Shown here: positions 27,758-36,333 of the stretch, piece after piece | How the letters are laid out: every line of letters begins with the position of its first letter | Numbering within the stretch: the stretch's first letter is position 1 | From: Candidatus Nanopelagicales bacterium | GTDB taxonomy: Bacteria > Actinomycetota > Actinomycetes > S36-B12 > GCA-2699445 | Length of the DNA stretch: 64,000 nt | Assembly (NCBI GenBank): GCA_030700225.1 | Contig: JAUYJT010000044.1 | Span: 18,516-82,515 of the forward strand | Direction: 5' to 3' | The notes under the pieces: generated by a model | Database searches by the model: none | Seen by the model: the letters and a program-made list of their open reading frames with translations, nothing else | Told to the model about the DNA's origin: nothing | Program-made: the position numbers and the translations under genes

Positions 27758-29634
27758 TGCCGACAACTGACTTACCCGGCTCGCGCACGCCAGGACCCGC
27801 GCCGGTCCTGCGGCTGGTCGCCTGCGGTTCGGTGGATGACGGCAAGTCCACACTGATCGGCCGACTGCTGGCCGAGACCGACTCGGTCCCCATCGACCAG
27901 CTTGAGTACGCACGCAGAACCCGCCGGGGTGGATCGACGATTCCGGTCGGCGAGATCGACTACTCCTTGCTCACCGACGGTCTCGAAGCCGAGCGCGAGC
28001 AGGGGATCACGATTGATGTCGCCTACCGGCACATGTATCTGCCCAGCGGTCGACGTGTGATCATCGCTGACGCCCCCGGCCACGAGCAATACACGCGCAA
28101 CATGGCCGTCGCCGCCTCAACCGCCGACGTAGCTGTGCTGCTGGCCGATGCGGCCCGCGGGCTGCGGCCGCAGACATTCCGCCACCTGACTGTGTGCGCT
28201 CTCATGGGTGTTTCCAGCGTCATCATCGCCATCAACAAGATGGACCTAGTCGGCTTCGAGCACGCGACGTACGAGGAGCTGTCCGGCGGTGTGCGCGCGG
28301 CGGCTGCCCGGCTGGGCATAGATGAAGTGACGACCATCCCCGTCAGCGCGGTCACAGGAGCCAACGTCATCGAGCACGGCCCCGAGATGCCGTGGTACCA
28401 AGGCGGCTCAGTTCTGGACGCGCTGGCGGCTTGGGATCCCACCGTCGACTCGACCGAAGCCGCCTTTCGACTGCCAGTGCAGATCGTGCTTCGGGCTGCG
28501 GGCAACTTCCGCGGATACGCGGGCACAATCGCATCAGGGAAGGCCCATGTCGGCGACAAGATCGTGATCGCTGACTCAGGCGTGTCGGCCGCGATCGAGC
28601 GCATCGTAGCCGGCGGGCAGGACGTAACCGAAGCCTCTTCGGGGCAGGCGGTGGCGGTGACGCTAGACCGCGAAGTGGACGTAACTCGCGGGGACCTAAT
28701 CGCCGAAGAGGGCGCTTCCCAAGCACAGCCCGCTGACCGCTTCGCCGCTGATCTGGTCTGGATCGGCGAAGAGCCCCTAGCTCACGGCCGCTCGTATCTG
28801 CTCTACGCGGGTCCACGCGTCGTCCCCGCGACGGTAACGTCCGTGCGGCACAGGCTGGATGTCGTCACCGGACGCCATGACGCCGCGCGGCTGCTGAGCA
28901 TGAATGACATCGGACGCGTCGAACTCGCCACTGACTCCCCTATTCCCTTGGACCCGTACACGACCTGCCGCGAGAGCGGAGGGTTCCTGCTCGTCGACCG
29001 CGTCACGAGCGATACGGTCGCTGCCGGGCTGACCCGCTACGCCATGCGTCGCGCGTTCAACGTGACGCCGCATGACTACGCGGTCGACAGGGAATCCAGG
29101 ATTCGCCTCATGGGGCACCGGCCACGCGTCATCTGGCTGACCGGGCTGTCCGGGTCAGGCAAGTCCACGATCGCCGACGCCGCCGTTGCGATGCTCCACA
29201 GCCAGGGAGTGCATACCTACGTCCTGGACGGCGACAACGTCCGGACGGGACTCAACCGCGACCTCGGATTCACGCCGGAGGACCGGGCCGAGAACGTGCG
29301 CCGCGTCGCGGAGGTCGCCCAGCTCATGGCCGACGCTGGATTGGTCGTGCTTGTTGCTCTGGTCTCCCCGTACCGCTCGGACCGCCGGGCCGCCCGGAAC
29401 ATCTTCAAGACGGGCGAGTACGCGGAAGTCTTCGTGGACACGCCACTGTCAGTGGCGCAAGGAAGAGACCCCAAGGGGCTGTACCGGAAGGCCGCCGCGG
29501 GTCAGCTGCCGAACCTGACTGGCGTTGGTCAGGAGTATGAGCCTCCCGAGGACCCAGAGTTGCACCTCAACGGCGAGGATGAGGTGGCGGTCTCGGCCGA
29601 ACGCCTTGCCCGCCTCGTGCTCGGCGACGCCTAG
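27757..29634 (+). CDS. cysNC: bifunctional sulfate adenylyltransferase subunit 1 / adenylylsulfate (APS) kinase
   Basis: ATG overlaps the cysD stop. The GTPase motifs are GSVDDGKST, DAPGHEQY and NKMD. The C-terminal APS-kinase P-loop is WLTGLSGSGKST. Confidence 0.9.
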   Translation: MPTTDLPGSRTPGPAPVLRLVACGSVDDGKSTLIGRLLAETDSVPIDQLEYARRTRRGGSTIPVGEIDYSLLTDGLEAEREQGITIDVAYRHMYLPSGRRVIIADAPGHEQYTRNMAVAASTADVAVLLADAARGLRPQTFRHLTVCALMGVSSVIIAINKMDLVGFEHATYEELSGGVRAAAARLGIDEVTTIPVSAVTGANVIEHGPEMPWYQGGSVLDALAAWDPTVDSTEAAFRLPVQIVLRAAGNFRGYAGTIASGKAHVGDKIVIADSGVSAAIERIVAGGQDVTEASSGQAVAVTLDREVDVTRGDLIAEEGASQAQPADRFAADLVWIGEEPLAHGRSYLLYAGPRVVPATVTSVRHRLDVVTGRHDAARLLSMNDIGRVELATDSPIPLDPYTTCRESGGFLLVDRVTSDTVAAGLTRYAMRRAFNVTPHDYAVDRESRIRLMGHRPRVIWLTGLSGSGKSTIADAAVAMLHSQGVHTYVLDGDNVRTGLNRDLGFTPEDRAENVRRVAEVAQLMADAGLVVLVALVSPYRSDRRAARNIFKTGEYAEVFVDTPLSVAQGRDPKGLYRKAAAGQLPNLTGVGQEYEPPEDPELHLNGEDEVAVSAERLARLVLGDA

Positions 29635-29647
29635 TCGCACGCTCAAG

Positions 29648-29760
29648 CCGTGGTGCCCGTGGCCGATCCAGCGGCTTCAAGCCTCACGCTGGGGGTCCCC
29701 CCACGAAGTGGGGGACTGGATCCGACCCCGGGCACCACGGCTTCAGGCCTGACGCCGCTT
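29648..29760. repeat. intergenic hairpin-rich repeat element, copy A
   Basis: The outer inverted repeat is CCGTGGTGCCCG (29648-59) / CGGGCACCACGG (29729-40). The inner hairpin is GGGGGTCCCCCCACGAAGTGGGGGAC (29691-716). It shares the 19-mer GCGGCTTCAAGCCTCACGC with copy C and ACGAAGTGGGGGA with copy B. Confidence 0.7.
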
Positions 29761-29833
29761 GATCCGGGGCTCGCGGCCATGAGATTCCGCGAAGTTGGCA
29801 CCGATCCACGCGGCATTCTGCTATCCATAGCCG

Positions 29834-30607
29834 GTGACAGGCTCAGCATCTGCCTTTGAGTACCTGAAGGTAATCACCTTCCACGAGTTCATCGGCACGT
29901 CAATCATGATCGTCATCGGCTGCGGTGTGGGTGCGCTTCAGCGGTTGAGCAAGAGCTTGGGTCACGGTTCCGGCGGATGGGCCTTGACTGCGTTCGGCTG
30001 GGGCATGGCGGTCTTCGTCGGGGCCAGCGTCGCTTGGCATTCCGGTGCACAACTGAATCCGGCAGTCACCCTGGGACTGACTCTGATCGGACAGAACACT
30101 TGGGCCAAGGTCCCCTTCTACGTAGTCGGCCAAGTGCTGGGCGGAATGTTCGGGGCCTTGCTCGTCTATTTGCTCTACAAGAAGCAGTTCGACACAGACA
30201 CGCATCGACCCACTACCGGCACGATCTTCTACACCGCGCCCGGAGTCCGATCCCTGGGATGGAACACCGTCAGCGAGGCCATCGCCACGTTCGTCCTTGT
30301 CTACTGGATCGTCCAACAGTCTCCGTGGGTGCCTCAAGTGGGAAACGCTCATCCGAACTACGGAAACATCGCCCTGGGTTACGCCGGCGTCGCGTTCGCC
30401 GTAATAGGGGTTGGCGCCGGGCTCGGAGGTGCTACGGGCTACGCGATCAACCCGGCCCGCGACTTCGGGCCGCGCGCCGCCTACGCCTTGCTCCCGATCC
30501 GCGACAAGCAACGCATCGACTGGGGTTACGCCTGGGTACCCATCGTCGGACCGCTAATAGGAGCCGCTGTGGCCTCCGGACTGTATCTGCTGACCACGCC
30601 GTTTTGA
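29834..30607 (+). CDS. MIP-family channel (aquaporin / glycerol facilitator)
   Basis: Two NPA boxes are present: QLNPAVTLG and INPARDFGPR. The protein has six hydrophobic helices. The GTG start has a weak RBS. Confidence 0.85.
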   Translation: MTGSASAFEYLKVITFHEFIGTSIMIVIGCGVGALQRLSKSLGHGSGGWALTAFGWGMAVFVGASVAWHSGAQLNPAVTLGLTLIGQNTWAKVPFYVVGQVLGGMFGALLVYLLYKKQFDTDTHRPTTGTIFYTAPGVRSLGWNTVSEAIATFVLVYWIVQQSPWVPQVGNAHPNYGNIALGYAGVAFAVIGVGAGLGGATGYAINPARDFGPRAAYALLPIRDKQRIDWGYAWVPIVGPLIGAAVASGLYLLTTPF

Positions 30608-30691
30608 CCGCCACGACAAGACCGGCGAGTTGAGATTCGCGCGGTGAACCTGAAACTGATCGTGCGCGAACGAACTAGCTGAAGCCGAGGG

Positions 30692-32539
30692 TCAGAAGGC
30701 GCCCTCTGGAAGCTCCATGATGCCCAGGTCCGTACCCTGCGTCACTTCCCGCTCAGCGGCGAGAAGCGGCAGGCGGTTGCTACAGAACCACCTCGCCGCG
30801 GCGACCTTGCCCGTGTAGAAATCGCGATCGGACGGTGACGGATCCCCAGCAAGAGCTGCCTGAGCGACCTCGGCCTGACGCACTAGCAGCCACCCGATGA
30901 CGAGGTCTCCAGCCATCATCAGCAACCGCGTGGTGTTCAGCCCGACGAGGTTGATCTGCTGGATGTCTGTCTGCGAAGCCATGGCCCATTCGCCAAGCTT
31001 GCCTATGGTCAGCTGCACATCCTCCAAGGCGCTTCCAAGCAACTCCCGCTCGCGCGACAGCGAGTCCTGAGCGCCCCCGCCCTTGACCGTGTCGGTGATC
31101 TGGGACGCCAGGTGGAATACGGCCTTGAACTGGTCGCGGACCATCTTGCGGAAGAAGAAGTCCAGGCCTTGGATAGCCGTGGTTCCCTCATAGAGGGTGT
31201 CGATCTTCGCGTCACGGATGTACTGCTCGATCGGGTAGTCCTGCAAGTATCCGGATCCACCCAGAGTCTGCAGGGATACCGCCAGCAGCTCATAGGACCG
31301 CTCCGAACCCACGCCTTTGACGATCGGCAGTAGCAGGTCATTCATCCGCTCTGCCAGGTCCACGTCGATGTCGGCCTCGCCAAGTCGCGCGGCGCTGATC
31401 TGGTCCTGCCACGTCGCCGTGTACTGAACGAGCGCCCGCATGCCCTCGGCATAGGACTTCTGCAGCATCAAGGAACGCCGCACGTCCGGATGGTTGATGA
31501 TCGTCACGCGAGGTGCGGTCTTGTCCAGCATCTCCGCCAGCTTGGCTCCCTGGACCCTCTGCTCCGCGTACTCAAGACAGTTCAGGTAGCCGGTGCTAAG
31601 GGTCGCGATCGCCTTCGTGCCGACCATCATCCGCGCGTATTCGATGACCTGGAACATCTGGGCTATGCCCCGATGCACGTCACCAACGAGGTACCCGATA
31701 GCGGGCTCCTTGTCGCCAAACGTCAACTCGCACGTCGTCGATACCTTCAGGCCCATCTTCTTCTCGAGGTTGGTCGCGTAGACGCCGTTGCGCTCGCCCA
31801 ACTCACCGGTCTCGAGGTCAAACAGGAACTTGGGCACGACGAACAGGCTCAGCCCCTTCGTTCCGGGTCCGCCAGCACCTTCGACTCCCTCTGGCCTCGC
31901 CAGCACCAAGTGGATGATGTTCTCCGACAGGTCATGCTCGCCCGACGTGATGAAGCGCTTCACGCCTTCAATCCGGTAGGTCCCGTCGTCGTTCAGGAAG
32001 GCCTTCGCCCTGCCCGCACCGACATCGGACCCGGCATCCGGCTCAGTGAGCACCATCGTGGCGCCCCAGCCCAGGTCCACCATCAGTGATGCCATGTGCT
32101 TCTGCTGCTCGTTGCCGAGCGCGTGAAGGATCGCGGCGAATCCAGGCCCCGACATGAACATGAACGCGGGCGGGTTGCTGCCTAGGATCAGCTCAGCCAC
32201 AGCCCAGCGCAGGCTTGGGGGTGACGCGATACCTCCGAGCTCTTCGGGAAGCTCAAGGCGCCAGCCCTCGGCGTCCATCAATGCCCGGTAAGCCGCCTTG
32301 AACTCGTCGGGCATCGTGACCGAGCAATCCTTTGGGTCATAGACAGGCGGGTTGCGGTCACAGCTCGCGAAGCAATCGGACAGAGGGCCGCGGGCCAGCT
32401 CGTCGGCCTGATGCAGGAACTCTTTGGCGATGTCGACGTCAACGTCCTCGAAAACGCCCTTACCCAGACGGTCATCAACGCCGAAGACCTCGAAGAGGTT
32501 GAACTCGAGGTCGCGCAGGTTGCTCTTGTAATGACTCAT
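30692..32539 (-). CDS. long acyl-CoA dehydrogenase (FadE5-like)
   Basis: The N-terminus [20 protein letters not shown] is characteristic of mycobacterial FadE5-type ACADs. At 615 aa it is long, and [12 protein letters not shown] is the ACAD C-terminal region. Confidence 0.85.
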   Translation of the reverse strand: MSHYKSNLRDLEFNLFEVFGVDDRLGKGVFEDVDVDIAKEFLHQADELARGPLSDCFASCDRNPPVYDPKDCSVTMPDEFKAAYRALMDAEGWRLELPEELGGIASPPSLRWAVAELILGSNPPAFMFMSGPGFAAILHALGNEQQKHMASLMVDLGWGATMVLTEPDAGSDVGAGRAKAFLNDDGTYRIEGVKRFITSGEHDLSENIIHLVLARPEGVEGAGGPGTKGLSLFVVPKFLFDLETGELGERNGVYATNLEKKMGLKVSTTCELTFGDKEPAIGYLVGDVHRGIAQMFQVIEYARMMVGTKAIATLSTGYLNCLEYAEQRVQGAKLAEMLDKTAPRVTIINHPDVRRSLMLQKSYAEGMRALVQYTATWQDQISAARLGEADIDVDLAERMNDLLLPIVKGVGSERSYELLAVSLQTLGGSGYLQDYPIEQYIRDAKIDTLYEGTTAIQGLDFFFRKMVRDQFKAVFHLASQITDTVKGGGAQDSLSRERELLGSALEDVQLTIGKLGEWAMASQTDIQQINLVGLNTTRLLMMAGDLVIGWLLVRQAEVAQAALAGDPSPSDRDFYTGKVAAARWFCSNRLPLLAAEREVTQGTDLGIMELPEGAF

Positions 32540-32607
32540 GCGCTATCTCCCCTTGATCCAAACATGTGCCCCCCAGGCACCAACTCGGGCAGCGGCCCGA
32601 TGCCGCA

Positions 32608-32625
32608 GGTTACCCACCAGTAACC
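32608..32625. promoter_or_regulatory. inverted repeat GGTTAC-N6-GTAACC in the fadE / MFS divergent region (candidate operator)
   Basis: A perfect 6-bp-arm palindrome was read directly. No cognate regulator gene is present in the window. Confidence 0.25.
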
Positions 32626-32747
32626 CAATGATGATACCCGCTGGCAGATGGCGCAAGGCCATGGCACGTGCTCTGCGTCGCAACTTCGTCACAGGGTTGC
32701 GCGGATTAGCACGGTATCTTCGGCGAGGCGGGGGGATGGGAGTGTCG

Positions 32748-34373
32748 ATGCGCGAGCACGTCACGTCGGCTGACCCGCGAAGTAGCACCCGGCGGCAGTG
32801 GATCGGGTTCGGGTTCCTCGCCCTGGCGCTGTTCATGATCGCTGTGGACTTGTCGGTCACCGCGGTCGCGGTGCCATCCATCGTTGCCGACCTGGGGATC
32901 TCCGCCGATGACGCCAGCCTCGTGATGACGGTCTACCTGGTCGTGGCGTCATCATTCATCGTCTTGATGGGCAAGGTGTCGGACTTGGTTGGGGCCAAGA
33001 AGGCCTTCCTCACGGGTGCGATCGTGTTCGCAGTTGGTTCGCTGGTCACGGGCGCGGCGCCGACATTCAGTGTCCTGATCCTGGGCCGCGTGATCCAGGG
33101 AGTGGTCGTGGCTGTGGCCATCCCGGCGTCACTTTCCCTGCTGAACCAAGAGTTCCCTAGCGGCAAGGCGCGGGTTCTGGCGTTCTCGATCTGGACTGCG
33201 GTCATCGGGTCAGCAACAGCCCTGGGGCCACTCATCGGCGGACTGCTGGCCACGTACGAGTCCTGGCGTTGGGCGTTCTTCATCAACATCCCGATCATGG
33301 TCGTGGCCGCGATCGGCGCGGGCATCGCGGTCAGACCGGTGGCGGTCACGCTCAAGGAGAAGGGATTCGATGCCGTCGGCGCGGTCCTGCTGGTCGCAGC
33401 GGTCGCCCTCATCACGTTCGGACTTCAGGAGGCAACCGATCTGGGCTGGTGGACGGCGAAGCGTGACACTTTGCTGGGCGCTTCCATCCCCTGGCCTTTC
33501 GACATCTCCGCCACGCCGATCATGCTCATACTCGGCGCCGGGCTGCTGGCCGTGTTCGTGATTCTGGAGAAGCACCGCGCCCGCAGGGCGTTGGGCGTAG
33601 TGCTGGAACTGAAGCTGTTCAAGGTCAAGAGCTTCACCTGGGGAACCTCGGCGGCAGCGTTCATGACAGCCGCCGTCTTCGGTCTGCTGCTGTTGATCCC
33701 GCTCTACTGCCAATTCATCCTTGAAGCCAACCCGCTCGGAGCTGGGGTCACACTCGCGCCGCTGGGCATCGGGATGGCGTTCGGCGGACCGATCGTTTCC
33801 AGGCTCAACTGGCCGCTGCGCAAGACGGTCCTGATCATGCTGATCATCCAGCCCATTACCACGCTGGGGCTGATACCTCTCATCCAGCCTGGCGGAGAAG
33901 GATGGTGGCTGGCGCCAGTTCTGGTCGTGGACGGATTCGCCTGGGGCGCCGCCTACTCCATCCTCGTGTCCATGCTCCTGGCGGACGTTCCGAAGTCCCT
34001 GTCGGGTGTCGCCGGTGGCACCCAGACAGCCGCCAGGCTCCTGGCGGGCGCGATCGGCAGCGCGATCCTGACCACAATCCTCCTGGGCTCTGTTGTGGCA
34101 CAAATGAGCAGTGTCTCTGGGTCTGGGCTCACGGCCAAGGAGAAAGCCGAGGTCACCCAGCTCTTCCAGTTCTCGTCTCAGCTGCATCAACCGACTACCG
34201 ACTCAGGGCACACAGTCCACACGCTGAGGACCGTGGCACCTTTCCATCAGGTGATCCAGGACACGAAGGACAACATGAGCGCCGGCGTCCGCTTCGCGCT
34301 GCTAGTGGCCGCCTTCCTGTCATTCCTGGGCTTCCTCTGCGGCCTGAAGCTCGACGCCGACGAAAAGGCCTGA
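32748..34373 (+). CDS. DHA2-type (EmrB/QacA-like, 14-TM) MFS efflux transporter, paralogue 1
   Basis: ATG 32748 was chosen. RRQWIGFGFLALALFMIAVDLSVTAVAVPSI and GKVSDLVGAKKAF are typical DHA2 N-terminal motifs. The protein has many TM helices. Confidence 0.8.
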   Translation: MREHVTSADPRSSTRRQWIGFGFLALALFMIAVDLSVTAVAVPSIVADLGISADDASLVMTVYLVVASSFIVLMGKVSDLVGAKKAFLTGAIVFAVGSLVTGAAPTFSVLILGRVIQGVVVAVAIPASLSLLNQEFPSGKARVLAFSIWTAVIGSATALGPLIGGLLATYESWRWAFFINIPIMVVAAIGAGIAVRPVAVTLKEKGFDAVGAVLLVAAVALITFGLQEATDLGWWTAKRDTLLGASIPWPFDISATPIMLILGAGLLAVFVILEKHRARRALGVVLELKLFKVKSFTWGTSAAAFMTAAVFGLLLLIPLYCQFILEANPLGAGVTLAPLGIGMAFGGPIVSRLNWPLRKTVLIMLIIQPITTLGLIPLIQPGGEGWWLAPVLVVDGFAWGAAYSILVSMLLADVPKSLSGVAGGTQTAARLLAGAIGSAILTTILLGSVVAQMSSVSGSGLTAKEKAEVTQLFQFSSQLHQPTTDSGHTVHTLRTVAPFHQVIQDTKDNMSAGVRFALLVAAFLSFLGFLCGLKLDADEKA

Positions 34374-34452
34374 CCCTGCCCACGACTCGACTCAGCAAGC
34401 CCGTACTAGATACGGTCTAAGTTCGCCGCGTCCGAAGGTAGTTGATGCCCGC

Positions 34453-36147
34453 GTGAAGAAAACGAAAGGGTCGGCCACCTCCCCAGGCGATTGCGCCGCG
34501 CGTCCTGACACGGACCAAGCCTGCGCCCCACCCAGCCGCGCATCGGCGGGTGAAGGTGCACCCAGGCGACAGTGGATCGGCTTCGGCTTCCTGCTCCTCG
34601 CGATGCTCATCACTGTCCTGGACGCCTCAGCCGCATCCATAGCCGTGCCATCAATCGCTGCCGATCTGAAGATCTCCGCCGGGCCCGCCAGCCTCCTGAT
34701 GACTGTGCAACTCGTCGTGGCCTCGTCTCTCATCATCCTCATGGGCAAGGTGTCGGATCTGATCGGGGCCAAGAAGGTCTTCCTCCTAGGCGCAGGATTG
34801 TTCACAGTGGGCTCGTTGATCACGAGCGTCGCGCCCAACTTCGGTGTCCTGATGCTGGGCCGCGTGGTCCAAGGACTGGTCGTAGCCCTCGTGACCCCGG
34901 CGATCCTGTCATTGATGAATCACGAGTTCCCCTGCGGTCGCCCGCGAGCACTCGCCTTCTCGATTCGGACCGCCGTGATCGGGTCGGGTCTCACTCTCGG
35001 GTTGCTGATCAGCGGCCTCTTGTCCACCTACGCGTCGTGGCGATGGATCTTCCTAATGAATATCCCGTTCATGGTTACCGCAGCGATCGGTGCCGGCGTT
35101 TCGGTCAGGCCGGTCACAGTGAAGCTGAAGGAAAAGGGTTTCGATATCGCCGGGTCGATCCTGCTCGTGCTGTCCGCCATTCTCATAACCTTCGGGCTGC
35201 AGGAGGCAACTGATCTGGGCTGGTGGACAGCGAAACCTGACGCGTTGGTCGGCGGCGTGGTTCCGTGGCCGTTCAGCGCCTCGGTGACACCATTCATGCT
35301 GATTCTGGGCGTTGTATTGCTACTCCTGTTCGTGTTGGTCGAGAAGGATCGCGCCCGCCGGGCGAAAAGCGCGGTGCTGGATTTCAAGCTCTTCGCGGTG
35401 AGGAGTTTCACCTGGGGGACCTCGGCCGCAGCGCTGATGGCCACCCCCGTTTTCGCCATCCCGCTTCTTATCGCCCTCTACGGCCAGTACATCCTCGGCC
35501 TCGACCCGCTGGGGACGGGTGCGATGGTCGTGCCGCTGGGCATCGGCGTCTCCGCCGGAGGGCCGATCCTGTCCAGGGTCAACTGGCCACCGCACACAAC
35601 ACTCCTGATCACGCTGATCATCCAGCCCATCGCCTTGCTGGGGTTGCTGCCGCTCGTGCAACCAGACGGACAGGCCTGGTGGCTGGCCCTAGTCCTCGCT
35701 GTGTACGGATTCGCCTGGGGCGCCGCCTACTCGATCCTCGTGTCGACGCTCCTGGCTGATGTTCCCCAGTCCCTCTCAGGTGTCGCCGCCGGCACTCAGT
35801 CGGCCTTCCGGAAGCTGGCGTCAGCGATCGCCGTCGCGGCCCTTACCACGATCCTGTTGGGCTCCGTGATGGAGGAAATGAGCGGCGTCTCGGAATCTGA
35901 GCTGACCGCCAAGGAGAAGTCTGAGATAACCCAGCTCTACGAATTCTCGCCCCAGGTGCATCCGCCGACCACCGATTCGGGGCAGACCGTCCACACGCTG
36001 AGGACTGCGGAGCCTTTCGATCGTGTGATCCAAGAGACTGAGGACAACATGAGCGCCGGCGTCCGCTTCGCGCTCCTGGGGGCCGCCTTCCTGTCATTCC
36101 TGGGCTTCCTCTGCGGCCTGAAGCTCGACTCCGACGAGAAGGCCTGA
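34453..36147 (+). CDS. DHA2-type MFS efflux transporter, paralogue 2 (tandem duplicate)
   Basis: It is collinear with paralogue 1 over the full length. The last 105 nt differ at only 5 positions from 34269-34373. Confidence 0.8.
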   Translation: MKKTKGSATSPGDCAARPDTDQACAPPSRASAGEGAPRRQWIGFGFLLLAMLITVLDASAASIAVPSIAADLKISAGPASLLMTVQLVVASSLIILMGKVSDLIGAKKVFLLGAGLFTVGSLITSVAPNFGVLMLGRVVQGLVVALVTPAILSLMNHEFPCGRPRALAFSIRTAVIGSGLTLGLLISGLLSTYASWRWIFLMNIPFMVTAAIGAGVSVRPVTVKLKEKGFDIAGSILLVLSAILITFGLQEATDLGWWTAKPDALVGGVVPWPFSASVTPFMLILGVVLLLLFVLVEKDRARRAKSAVLDFKLFAVRSFTWGTSAAALMATPVFAIPLLIALYGQYILGLDPLGTGAMVVPLGIGVSAGGPILSRVNWPPHTTLLITLIIQPIALLGLLPLVQPDGQAWWLALVLAVYGFAWGAAYSILVSTLLADVPQSLSGVAAGTQSAFRKLASAIAVAALTTILLGSVMEEMSGVSESELTAKEKSEITQLYEFSPQVHPPTTDSGQTVHTLRTAEPFDRVIQETEDNMSAGVRFALLGAAFLSFLGFLCGLKLDSDEKA

Positions 36148-36211
36148 CGCTGCCGCCGATCTGAGCTACCCCAGGTTCAGGTTTAGGCCCACCGCAGGCG
36201 GGCACACTCGT

Positions 36212-36318
36212 CGAAACGGCCGCTCCGGCCAAAGGCACCAGTTACGGATGGACGCACCCGTTGCAACGGGCGCGTCTGTACCTCAACGGGCGCGTTTGTC
36301 AGGAACGGCCGCTAACTC
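36212..36318 (+). other. conserved 107-nt non-coding element, copy 2 (partner at 13135-13241)
   Basis: It is 81/107 identical and ungapped versus copy 1. It contains tandem CAACGGGCGCGTCTGTACCT / CAACGGGCGCGTTTGTCAGG and the inverted arm GACGCACCCGTT. It ends 16 nt before GTG 36334. Confidence 0.7.
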
Positions 36319-36333
36319 CGAAGGGGGAAACTG

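Noticed and set aside
33210-34190. 326-aa minus-strand ORF (and similar long antisense ORFs such as 9954..10817, 6517..7185, 23085..23945, 40133..40828, 42453..43205)
   Set aside because: These are shadow ORFs opposite strongly supported genes. Their sequences are Arg/Gly/Pro-rich and typical of antisense frames in high-GC DNA.
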